Positions 17,790 through 26,586 of a stretch of DNA of 64,000 nucleotides are shown here, in pieces. Position numbers and translations under genes: made by a program. The stretch covers positions 125,379 to 189,378 of the forward strand of contig JBDRRS010000003.1 in the NCBI GenBank assembly GCA_043825615.1, in the 5' to 3' direction. Every line of letters starts with the position of its first letter. Within the stretch, counting starts at the first letter, position 1. Source of the DNA: a bacterium. Its GTDB lineage: Bacteria > CG03. The notes under the pieces are model-generated. The model saw only the letters and a list, made by a program, of their open reading frames with translations. It did not search any database and had not been told where the DNA came from.

Positions 17790-18680
17790 GCGGGGGAAGG
17801 GGTATAATGCCAGGGAAGAAAACCAACCGGCGCACGGCTTTTGCTGTCTGCGCAGAGAACGGTTATCGGGTGACGGGAGAGCGCCCCTGCCCGTGCGGAA
17901 TTCAATTCGTAAAGACCCCGTTTTGCTCGAAAAAGCGCTTTTTCAGCCGGCTTAATGGTTTTGTATGGCTGAAAGCCGGAAAATGACACATTTCCCCTAA
18001 GTCGGCTTTCAGCACGCCACGGCGCATCTACGACCGCAATCAAATTGCTCGCAAAATCTTCTCCGCCCCGAGAAATCCAAAGGATTTCCGGGACTCAGTC
18101 CTCGGAATTTCTTTGAAATTCCAGAGGGTAATCTGCGTAGAAGTCGCAACGTAAGATACATCGCTGCTGAGGACTGACCGGCCTTGTTCCGCTTGTCGGC
18201 CCGGTGGCGCCAGGCACCTTGCGCGGAAAACGGCAGCAAGTCCGGATAAATCCGGCCGCTGCAGGAAAAGATGGCGATTACCGGCGCGGCGGGCGAAACA
18301 ATAAAAACTGAGTTTCATTTTTTTTCAGGGTTATCAGCCGAAAATTGGTTTTACTTGTTTTCATTGTAAAATTGGTATAGTTTCTTCATAGAACATATTA
18401 AGTATTGAATTGAAATTCTTTAATCATAAGAAAATACAAGATATTTCTGTTAAAAAGCATTAAATATTTTTCAGGGAGAAATCCCTCTAAAAGTTTACAG
18501 AATAGATATTATCATAACTTGTAAAGGGGTTCCCGACGGGGGAAAAATCCTGCAGGTTTTCATGAAATCGAGCTGCCTTCCCTTTTTTCTCAGGTATTTA
18601 CCGTCGGGGAAAGTTATATAATCTTTGTATTTGTCAATTTTCAGGGTCTGTTAATGGTTTTGTACCCTGAAATCGCTTTT
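17790..18680. other. ~0.9-kb region without coherent ORF between convergent genes; GC-rich core 17990-18320 with multiple hairpins (possible ncRNA or gene remnant)
   Basis: Only short overlapping low-complexity ORFs on both strands; local palindromes GGACTCAGTCC, CCGGATAAATCCGG, GGAATTTCTTTGAAATTCC. Confidence 0.3.
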
Positions 18681-18684
18681 TTGA

Positions 18685-19848
18685 TTAAAATTGGGTTTTA
18701 CGCACAATTCTCGTAAAAGGAGAATCAATAAGTTCCTGGTCTGCCATCCGGAGCCGTTCTATAAGCGCCGAAATAAAAGCCCTGTAAAATTTTACGGCGA
18801 TGTCCTGGCGGCTGTTGAAAAGATTATCCAGAGAGTCCCTGTCAATTTTGAAAAGAACCGAATCTGCCGCCGCCTGAGCGCTGCCGCTGCGCGGTATGTT
18901 TATAAGAAGAGCCATTTCCCCGAAAAATTCGCCGGGATGGATAAATGCAAGGAATTTCTCCTTCTTTGCGCCCTCCTGCCCTATCGTCTTGAATATTTTT
19001 ATCTTTCCTTCGAAAACAACGTAGAAATTGTTGCCGGCGGCGCCTTCGGAAAAAATAACGGACCCGGCCGGCGCTTTAAATTTTTTTCCGGTTCTTTGAA
19101 CATAGATGAGTTCTTCGGCGTTAAATTCGGAAAATACGCTGAGATTTTTGAGGACGAGCAGATTTCCGGTGTATTCCTCGATGTCATCGCTCTCGGCGGA
19201 GGTTATGCCGGCAAACCTGAAAGCCGTGTGCCAGTGCTCTCCCATATCGGCATCCCGTATCTTTACGCCGCGGAGGTTGAATTGTTTTCCCTCTTCGAGA
19301 GAAAACGTTATCCGGTAAGATTCGGAATCAGGAATACGCTTTTCCGTTTTGACGGAAATGCCTCCGGCGGACAGGTTTCTCAAAGTGCCTTCCGTCTTCG
19401 TGCCGGCCTCGGATATTGCCACCGGCGTTTTCACGGATATTCGCAGGTGTTTTCTTTTGTCGTCCTTGATTTTCCCTATTTTAACTGAGCCGAAGTCCGT
19501 CTGCTTACGCGGCAGCACGCTTTCAGCCCATGTTTTTTTCAGCGCCTCGGCCAGTTTTTCTTTGAAAAACATTGTCGTTTTATACGAAACGATGTCTTTG
19601 GAAAAAATGAAAACCGGAAGTTTGCCCGTCTCTGTCTTTCTGAATTTATTAAAGTCAGGGTCTTTGAACAGGTGCTTGGTATCGGAGGAAAGAATTATCA
19701 GAGACGGCGGGTTATCAGTTATGTTTTTTTTGAGATTAATCCATTCCGCCACTTCGCGAAAGTTGAGTTCAAATTCCTTCAGGCATTCTTTGATAAAAGA
19801 AAAAAGTTCTCTGTTCTTTCCTAAAAAAACGATGTTATAATTCTTCAC
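18685..19848 (-). CDS. PilZ domain / cyclic-nucleotide-binding domain protein
   Basis: RKHLR...NLSAGG (PilZ RxxxR / D/NxSxxG); C-terminal FGEMALL...RSGSAQAAADS (cNMP-binding). Confidence 0.7.
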   Translation of the reverse strand: MKNYNIVFLGKNRELFSFIKECLKEFELNFREVAEWINLKKNITDNPPSLIILSSDTKHLFKDPDFNKFRKTETGKLPVFIFSKDIVSYKTTMFFKEKLAEALKKTWAESVLPRKQTDFGSVKIGKIKDDKRKHLRISVKTPVAISEAGTKTEGTLRNLSAGGISVKTEKRIPDSESYRITFSLEEGKQFNLRGVKIRDADMGEHWHTAFRFAGITSAESDDIEEYTGNLLVLKNLSVFSEFNAEELIYVQRTGKKFKAPAGSVIFSEGAAGNNFYVVFEGKIKIFKTIGQEGAKKEKFLAFIHPGEFFGEMALLINIPRSGSAQAAADSVLFKIDRDSLDNLFNSRQDIAVKFYRAFISALIERLRMADQELIDSPFTRIVRKTQF

Positions 19849-19890
19849 AATTCTATTATATCAATATATCAATTTCCTGCAAGCACGGGT

Positions 19891-19941
19891 CCAAGCATGG
19901 GGTCATCCAAGCATGGGGTCCATGCATCCAAGCATGGGGTC
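19891..19941 (+). repeat. tandem repeat, three copies of CCAAGCATGGGGTC
   Basis: Read directly: copies at 19891, 19907, 19928. Confidence 0.7.
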
Positions 19942-19956
19942 AGGTCTTGCAATGCA
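19936..19956 (+). repeat. REP-like element GGGGTCAGGTCTTGCAATGCA (forward)
   Basis: Same 18-mer at 35744 and inverted at 20006 and 36612. Confidence 0.7.
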
Positions 19957-20005
19957 ACAGTTATTGAAGGAAATTGAGGAGTTTATGAAGGAAATTAATG
20001 TGTTA

Positions 20006-20023
20006 ATGCAAGACCTGACCCCC
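20006..20023 (-). repeat. REP-like element (inverted copy), with 19936-19956 forms a REP doublet
   Basis: ATGCAAGACCTGACCCCC is the reverse complement of the REP core; ~50 bp from the partner. Confidence 0.7.
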
Positions 20024-20024
20024 A

Positions 20025-20828
20025 CTATGACCCCACTATTTTGAGCATTTGTTTGTGGAGAAGCATGTTGCTGCAGAGAATTGTTTTGTCTTTATTTTCA
20101 TACTTTCCGTCAATTGATATTTCTTTTCCCGAATAGTCCGTGACTTTTCCTCCCGCTTCCTCTATCAGGATTTTCCCGGCGCCGGTGTCCCACGGGAACA
20201 AACCTTCCTCCCAGAAACCGTCAAACCTTCCGCAGGCGACATACGCCATATCAAGGGTGGCCGAACCCGGTCTTCTGATGCCCTGGGCGTTTACGACAAA
20301 TTTTTTGAATAACTCGACCGTTCTCAGGGGGTTTTTCCATACGTAATAAGGGAACCCCGTGGAAATAAGGGCTCTTTTCATTTTCTTTATGCCGGAGACC
20401 TTTATTTTCTTCCCGTTGAGAAAAGAGCCCTTCCCCGCCGCAGCAAAAAAGATTTCCCCGTTCGCCGGATTGTAAGTTACGCCGATAACAGGCGTTCCGT
20501 TCCTGACGAGGGAGACGCTCACCGCCCACATTCTGCCGCCGTGCGAGTAGTTGACGGTCCCGTCTATAGGGTCAATGACCCACATCGTTTCCTTTATTTT
20601 CTGAAAGGTTCTCTCCTCGCACAGGAAACCGGCGCTGCAGAGTTTGGAGAGTTCTTTGACGAGGAATTTTTCGCATCTTTTATCAGCGTCGGTTACGGGA
20701 TTGATTCGCCCCTTGTATTCGATACGGATTTTTTTTTGTCCGGCCTGCGCAAGGCGGCCGGCTTTTACGAGGACGGGCAGAACCTGTTTGAGTATTTTGC
20801 CGTAATTGATAATTCTATTTTTTGACAA
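20025..20828 (-). CDS. inositol monophosphatase family protein
   Basis: WVIDPIDGT and FPWDTGAG motifs. Confidence 0.85.
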   Translation of the reverse strand: MSKNRIINYGKILKQVLPVLVKAGRLAQAGQKKIRIEYKGRINPVTDADKRCEKFLVKELSKLCSAGFLCEERTFQKIKETMWVIDPIDGTVNYSHGGRMWAVSVSLVRNGTPVIGVTYNPANGEIFFAAAGKGSFLNGKKIKVSGIKKMKRALISTGFPYYVWKNPLRTVELFKKFVVNAQGIRRPGSATLDMAYVACGRFDGFWEEGLFPWDTGAGKILIEEAGGKVTDYSGKEISIDGKYENKDKTILCSNMLLHKQMLKIVGS

Positions 20829-22023
20829 CCTTGAAATTCTTCAACCTTCCGGCCTGCGGCAGTTCCCCGGCAATCGGTCCGGCGTAGTCGATGAATGCCT
20901 GCGTGACGTTGTTGCCCGCGGAATTTATGAATTTTGCGGGCATCTCCCTCGTTTCTTTCGCGACGCTTTCAAGCGGAACTCTTTCAAAATAGACGCTGTA
21001 TTTTTTCGACGGTTTCCGGCGGATGGCTATCGAGCCGTCCGTGTCCGCCGCTGCAGCTTTCTTTACGGCAATTTCACCGGCGAGCCGGGCTTCTTTCGCG
21101 TCGGTTTCGGAGACGATGCCCGGAAACGACCGCTGGAGGTAGCCGAATGTGTCCGCCCTGACACGCGTTATGTTGGTTCTTGTCTTGATTTCCGCCGCCA
21201 GCAGGTCCCCGAGCGCGCCGCTGCCGCTCAACTGGACATTGCCGTGGGCGTCCTTTTCCCTGATGAATTTAGCGGCGATTGCGGCGCCTTTTCCGTCGGA
21301 TATGCCTTCCGACACAGCCGCGAGGCATCGTCCGAGTTTTTTGTAAACGCCTGAAACGTCCCTGATAAATTTATCCATGCCGAAAGGCCTTTCGGGAAGA
21401 TATATCAGATGAGGCCCGTCGCCGGGTCTGGACCGTCCGAGCGCGGATGCGGCCGTAAGGAAACCCGCGTGGCGTCCCATGACGATGTCAATTTTAACGC
21501 CGGGCAGAGCGAGGTTGTCCAGATTGTCTCCCATAAAAGCGGACGCTACGAACTTTGCCGCCGAGCCGTATCCGGGGGTGTGGTCGTTCTCCCTGAGGTC
21601 GTTGTCGATCGTCTTCGGAATGTGAAAACACCGGAGTTCCCATTTCACTTTTTTTGCTTCCTGGTTGATAATGTACGCGGTTTCGGCCGAGTCGTTGCCG
21701 CCTATGTAAAAAAAATACCTCACGCCGAACTTGTGAAGAGTCCTGAAGATAACCCCGCAATCTTCGGGTGTGGGTTTTTTCCGGACGGTGCCGAGCGCGG
21801 AAGAAGGCGTGCGGGCGACTTTTTCAAGATTGTCCGCCGTTTCTCTTCCGAGGTCTATAAAGTCCTTTTCAAGGATTCCCTTGATGCCGTGACGGGCGCC
21901 GTAAATTTTTTTTATTTGGAAATGCTTCTTCGCCTCGATAACCGCGCCGGCAAGACTCTGATTTATGACCGCCGTCGGACCCCCGCTCTGCGCGATAAGC
22001 ATATTGCCGGTAATGTTTTTCAT
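20815..22023 (-). CDS. pfp: 6-phosphofructokinase, PPi-dependent type
   Basis: GGPTAVIN, YIGGNDS, PKTIDNDL motifs typical of PFK A family. Confidence 0.8.
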   Translation of the reverse strand: MKNITGNMLIAQSGGPTAVINQSLAGAVIEAKKHFQIKKIYGARHGIKGILEKDFIDLGRETADNLEKVARTPSSALGTVRKKPTPEDCGVIFRTLHKFGVRYFFYIGGNDSAETAYIINQEAKKVKWELRCFHIPKTIDNDLRENDHTPGYGSAAKFVASAFMGDNLDNLALPGVKIDIVMGRHAGFLTAASALGRSRPGDGPHLIYLPERPFGMDKFIRDVSGVYKKLGRCLAAVSEGISDGKGAAIAAKFIREKDAHGNVQLSGSGALGDLLAAEIKTRTNITRVRADTFGYLQRSFPGIVSETDAKEARLAGEIAVKKAAAADTDGSIAIRRKPSKKYSVYFERVPLESVAKETREMPAKFINSAGNNVTQAFIDYAGPIAGELPQAGRLKNFKVVKK

Positions 22024-22130
22024 CCTACGCCCCCTCCTTACCCCGTTAGAGAGCGCCGCTCCCGCGAGCCTCGTCCGCCTCAGGCGGCCGGGCAGGGGCT
22101 CCCGTCGGCGGTATGTTACTCTAATGGGGT

Positions 22131-23078
22131 TTACGCTTTTTTAATTACTCCCATTTTCCTGAATTTTCTGTATCTTGTCATGGAATACGGTTTTTTTTCT
22201 TTAACGATTTCAATTGCCTGCAGTAATCTTTTCTTCAGGAGTTTCGCCTGTTTTTCGGGCTCAAGGTGCGCGCCGCCGAGCGGCTCGGGGACAATTTCGT
22301 CAACCACGCCGAAATCGAGAAGGTCCTGCGCCGTGAGTTTCAGGATATTTGCCGCCTTCTCCGTACTCGCCGCGTCTCTGAAAAGAATTGAAGCGCAGCC
22401 CTCTGGCGATATCACGGAATAAACCGCATTTGAAAGCATTAGAATATAATTACTTACACCGAGCGCGAGCGCTCCGCCGGACCCCCCTTCCCCTATAACG
22501 ACGCTGACAATCGGGACTTTAAGGCCCATCATCTCCTGAAGGTTCTGCGCAATCGCGCGCGACTGGCCTCTTTCCTCCGCTCCGATTCCCGGATACGCCC
22601 CGGGGGTGTCTATAAAAGTTATCACGGGAATGCCGAATTTCTCGGCGAGTTTCATAACTCTCAGCGCTTTCCTGTAGCCCTCCGGCTGGGACATCCCGAA
22701 ATTCCTTCTCATTTTTTCGGCGGTCGTTTTCCCTTTTTCCTGTCCGACGACTGCGCATTTCAGCCCGTCGATATCCGCCAGGCCGGCTATGATTGCGGGG
22801 TCATCCGAAAAATACCTGTCGCCGTGCAGTTCAAGGAAGTTCGTAAAAATATTCGCGGCATAATCGGAAAACAGCGGCCTTAAAGGGTGCCGGGCAATCT
22901 GCACTTTCTGAAACGGGGTGAGTTTTGAGAAAATTTTTTTTCTCAGTTTAAGGACTTTCATTTTCAGACCGGCGATTTGTTTTGAGTTCTTTTCGGGTTC
23001 AAGTTCAAGCTGTTTTATTTTCTTCTCGATTTTTAACAGCGGTTTTTCGAATTCGGGAGATAAGTCAGACATGAGCAA
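22131..23078 (-). CDS. accA: acetyl-CoA carboxylase carboxyltransferase subunit alpha
   Basis: ARHPLRP, FIDTPGAYPG, GEGGSGGALA motifs. Confidence 0.9.
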   Translation of the reverse strand: MLMSDLSPEFEKPLLKIEKKIKQLELEPEKNSKQIAGLKMKVLKLRKKIFSKLTPFQKVQIARHPLRPLFSDYAANIFTNFLELHGDRYFSDDPAIIAGLADIDGLKCAVVGQEKGKTTAEKMRRNFGMSQPEGYRKALRVMKLAEKFGIPVITFIDTPGAYPGIGAEERGQSRAIAQNLQEMMGLKVPIVSVVIGEGGSGGALALGVSNYILMLSNAVYSVISPEGCASILFRDAASTEKAANILKLTAQDLLDFGVVDEIVPEPLGGAHLEPEKQAKLLKKRLLQAIEIVKEKKPYSMTRYRKFRKMGVIKKA

Positions 23079-23121
23079 CCGGACATTTCAACACTGAACA
23101 TTTTGACATTACTTTTATTTT

Positions 23122-23895
23122 TTAGAATGCCGCCCGGTAGATGATAGAAAGAGCTCTTTCTATTTTTGCGTCTTCCAAGGCTTTACCGTTTTCCTCTATT
23201 TCTGTCCTGGTAATGTTTTCGAAGTTCAGCATAAATTCCAGCCCTTCCGTAAATTGCAGAATGGCGCCCGCATTAAACCTGCATAAACCGTTCCCGCGTC
23301 CGAGGTTAATCCCTTCGGCGCAGAAACCGAATTTTGAGGGCTTGAAACTAAAGCCCGCAAAGGAACTGATTTTATCTCTGAAACTGTCGGGGTTTTCAGC
23401 AAGTACCTTGTTGTAATTCGCTCCGCCGGTCACAAAAAAATTCGGGAAGAAAAGTTCTTTGGTCATTACAAGAAAAAACCCTATAGGTTCTATCCGGTAT
23501 TTCTGCGTACTTGTACCGGTGCTGTCTATCCATTCATAACCCTGCCTGTCATATCCGAGCGATACTTTCGGAAAAGCGTAGTTGCCCCTGAAAATGTCCA
23601 TCTTCAAATAAAGATTCGGGTCCCTTCCCTTTGGCGTTTGCGAACCGATCAGCGAATCCACGTTCCATGAAAAACCCACATTAAAACCCTGCAGTACGCC
23701 GAAGACCGCCCTTGTGAGCATTCCGCCGCCCTTGTACATTCTGAAATTAACGTTATATTCGCCGTAGTTCATTCCCCCCGCCGTCGGGGTAAATATCAAT
23801 CTTTCCATGTTGTCCGCTTTCGCGGTTTCTTCCGCCGGCAGGGTTCCTGCCGTCAACACGCACGCCAGTATAAACAACAAAAGACCTTTTTTCAT
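23122..23895 (-). CDS. hypothetical outer-membrane beta-barrel protein (start moved to MKKGLLL)
   Basis: Signal peptide; C-terminal aromatic F; GGAGGTG RBS upstream of the internal ATG at 23895. Confidence 0.5.
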   Translation of the reverse strand: MKKGLLLFILACVLTAGTLPAEETAKADNMERLIFTPTAGGMNYGEYNVNFRMYKGGGMLTRAVFGVLQGFNVGFSWNVDSLIGSQTPKGRDPNLYLKMDIFRGNYAFPKVSLGYDRQGYEWIDSTGTSTQKYRIEPIGFFLVMTKELFFPNFFVTGGANYNKVLAENPDSFRDKISSFAGFSFKPSKFGFCAEGINLGRGNGLCRFNAGAILQFTEGLEFMLNFENITRTEIEENGKALEDAKIERALSIIYRAAF

Positions 23896-24013
23896 AAACA
23901 CCTCCTGAATTACCCTAATTTTATTAAAATATCCGGTCAAGGTCAAATTTTTTAAAAGATGGTTTTCTGCGGGATGTTAAAATACGGAAAAATTCGGCTC
24001 AAAAGGTGTTTCC

Positions 24014-25663
24014 CTATTTTTTTCTTTTTAATTTTTTAAGGATGCGCTCAATATCCGATTTCAATTTAGGAGAAATATTCGGGTTGCTGTGCACTTTTTC
24101 CAAAAAAGGAATTCCCTGCGTTATTTTAAATTTCTTTATGTAATATAGATAAAACCGCAAACGATAAGCTCTTTTTTTATCAAATAAATCTTTTTCATAC
24201 AATTTCGATTTTTCCTCCAGGAAAGCGTAATCTATTTGCTCGTAATGTTCTTTTGTTAACTTTAGTACCATTGCTTGTATTTTCCTTCCTATGTTTTTCT
24301 GCAAATTCGGGTATTCTAAAAAAGCAAATAGTTCGGGGAGCAATAACAACTTTTTTGAAGATATAAAATCCAGCACTATTTTCTGCGAGTTTTTATAACC
24401 GCGTTTGAACGGGATATTCATTACGGAAACTGTGTTTGAATCACTTTTGTCATATTTCAAATTTAACAGAAATTTGATTCGTTTTTCAAGATAATCATCA
24501 GCGTATTTGCTTATTTTTGAATCGCACAGATACATAAGGTATTCCATTGTTTTCATAACGGTTAAGTCGTTCAATATAGCAACTATTTTTTTACGGATAA
24601 TTACGGCATCGTAAGGGACAACCTGCAGGTTTCCAAGTACGTCCAGCAACACTGTTATGTGCCTGGTGCGTTCTGAAAACTCTAAATTATTTTTATCTAT
24701 TTTATCAACGATTTCAAATGCCTTAAGAGCCACGTCGAAATTTTTTGATTTTAGTAAATGATACAACCCCGGCAGACATTTCCTGCTTTTTATAATGTCA
24801 AAAACTTCAAGCAGGGTCTGTTCAATTTCAGGGGATTTATAATTATTTGCGTATTGGTTCAAATAACCGGCGTACTTCTCCCCGCCTAAAAATGCAACCA
24901 CCTTAATTATTTTCTGAATCACTTCTTCGTCCGAACTTGTTTTATACGCGTTCGCCGCCATATCCAAATAGTTGGTTTTATTGTTGTTCAGTATAAAATC
25001 CAGCGTCTTGAGTTTTTCTTCTTTGCTGCCGTATTTCAAGTTATACACCGTTTCTTTGTCGGAACCGCTCATTAGGGAGTTTCCATCGCTTTTAGAGTTG
25101 TAAGTATCTTCTATTACAACGGTTTCACCGCCTTCGAATGTGGTCCTAACAAGGGAAGAAACTAATTTATCCGTCAGATAATGAATCCTCGATTCAGAGG
25201 AAGTCGTCGCATGATTGCTGTATAAGATTTTACCTGTTTCCACATCTACCATGTTTACGGATACAACGAATTTATTCAGCAGTTTTCCGAATTTTCCGGT
25301 TACAATATACCGTATGTTTAATATTTTCCCGATTTTAACAGCGCATTCTACTTCCGTGCAAGCGGTTTGCTGGAAACCCTGCTCCGCCAGCACCTTATCA
25401 AGGTTGTTCCTGTCAACAACGTTAAAGCGCTTGCTTTTGACGATACCTTCTCTGAAAAATTCCGCTACGAATATGGAGTCGCTGGCAGATACGCCCTGAG
25501 AGCCGAAGTCCAGAACCGCTATATTATGGATTTTGTTCTTTATTGCAACCGCGCCGACGGTAAGAAACGCGAGCAATACTACTGCGGTGAAAACATTGTG
25601 TAACTTTCTCTTTATTTTTCCGGATTCTGCGCTAAATAAAAAAGACATTGCGAATATTCTCAT
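24014..25663 (-). CDS. CsgG/LpoB-like N-terminal domain protein with C-terminal alpha-helical repeats
   Basis: IAVLDFGSQGVS...VVDRNNLDKVLAEQGFQQ...VTGKFGKL pattern; AT-rich gene. Confidence 0.5.
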   Translation of the reverse strand: MRIFAMSFLFSAESGKIKRKLHNVFTAVVLLAFLTVGAVAIKNKIHNIAVLDFGSQGVSASDSIFVAEFFREGIVKSKRFNVVDRNNLDKVLAEQGFQQTACTEVECAVKIGKILNIRYIVTGKFGKLLNKFVVSVNMVDVETGKILYSNHATTSSESRIHYLTDKLVSSLVRTTFEGGETVVIEDTYNSKSDGNSLMSGSDKETVYNLKYGSKEEKLKTLDFILNNNKTNYLDMAANAYKTSSDEEVIQKIIKVVAFLGGEKYAGYLNQYANNYKSPEIEQTLLEVFDIIKSRKCLPGLYHLLKSKNFDVALKAFEIVDKIDKNNLEFSERTRHITVLLDVLGNLQVVPYDAVIIRKKIVAILNDLTVMKTMEYLMYLCDSKISKYADDYLEKRIKFLLNLKYDKSDSNTVSVMNIPFKRGYKNSQKIVLDFISSKKLLLLPELFAFLEYPNLQKNIGRKIQAMVLKLTKEHYEQIDYAFLEEKSKLYEKDLFDKKRAYRLRFYLYYIKKFKITQGIPFLEKVHSNPNISPKLKSDIERILKKLKRKK

Positions 25664-25977
25664 TTCTTCTATAATAAATTACCTCTTTATTGTGTTGAAG
25701 TCAATATTTGGTTGTTGTTACACAATTACGGTTTACCCTGCACCACGGCTTGACAACCGCGGCTTTTGGGGTGATACCCTTCGGGATTTCATATTCATTC
25801 ATCCGCAGGTTTACACTCTCTGCTTTCTGGCTGTGCGGGATAAACCTGTTTGGAAGTGGGAAATAAAGACGGAAGAACAATTAGCGGGTATCTCCTGTTT
25901 TTCGTCAGCCTTTTTTGCTTTATGTTTTGTTTTTTTTTGAAAACTTGCTAAAATGTAAAAGTTCAGTGAACGGCGTG

Positions 25978-26063
25978 TCATTGCGAGGGAATGACTGCCT
26001 GCCGAAGGCAGGCGAGACCGAAGCCCGCCTGAGGCGGGCCACGCCCTTCGGGCTCGCAATGAC
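25978..26063. repeat. 86-bp GC-rich palindromic element, 11-bp terminal inverted repeats GTCATTGCGAG / CTCGCAATGAC
   Basis: Read directly; internal sub-hairpins GCCTGCCgaaGGCAGGC and GCCCGCCtgaGGCGGGC; partial relative at 10491-10510. Confidence 0.55.
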
Positions 26064-26103
26064 AAATACGGTTTTCGCTGAATATTTATGCTAAAATAAA
26101 GCA

Positions 26104-26577
26104 ATGAAAGTCAAAGACGTGATGCTGAAAGATGTTGTGACCGTGAGAAGGTCCACTAACCTCGGGCAGCTTCTGGAGATTTTCGGGAAATTTCACATAT
26201 CGCCGGTGCTTCCCGTTATTGACAACGCGGGGAACCTTATCGGCACGATTACGCTTGAGAACGTTATAGAGCAGTTCAGCAATATCCCCGCGCACTTTTC
26301 AAGAGCTGCGAAGTACGCTTCTCATGATGATATGACAATCAGCGAGCTGCTGACCGCGGACATACCGAAAGATGCGGCGACGCTCTTTCTCGTCGACGAT
26401 CTCCTGTCGGAAATACCCATAACAATTTCACAGGACGCCGGCGTCATGGAAGCGGAGAGAATGATGAAACTCAACCGCGTTGAAATAATTCCCGTCGTGG
26501 ACGGGAAAAAATTCGCCGGCGTCGTCACGAAGTTCGACATTGTCCTCGGAATTCTGAAAGAAAAAGGAATTGTCTGA
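26104..26577 (+). CDS. CBS-pair domain protein
   Basis: Two CBS-like units (VVTV...IGTIT; IIPVVD...AGVVT). Confidence 0.75.
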   Translation: MKVKDVMLKDVVTVRRSTNLGQLLEIFGKFHISPVLPVIDNAGNLIGTITLENVIEQFSNIPAHFSRAAKYASHDDMTISELLTADIPKDAATLFLVDDLLSEIPITISQDAGVMEAERMMKLNRVEIIPVVDGKKFAGVVTKFDIVLGILKEKGIV

Positions 26578-26586
26578 TACCTGGAT

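Noticed and set aside
17735-18318. Overlapping ORFs 17735-18043, 18009-18239, 18040-18318 (minus) and 17783-17986 (plus) as protein-coding genes
   Set aside because: Arg/Ala/Gly-rich translations typical of GC-rich non-coding DNA, mutual overlap, no RBS and no recognisable motif.
17990-18320. RNase P RNA, tmRNA or SRP RNA in the GC-rich non-coding segment
   Set aside because: Signature motifs (GGAAAGTCCGGGCTCC and AGGGTGAAA for RNase P; GGTTCGAATCC T-arm plus tag ORF for tmRNA; GGTCCGGAAGGAAGCAGCC for SRP RNA) were not found on either strand; left as an unassigned candidate.
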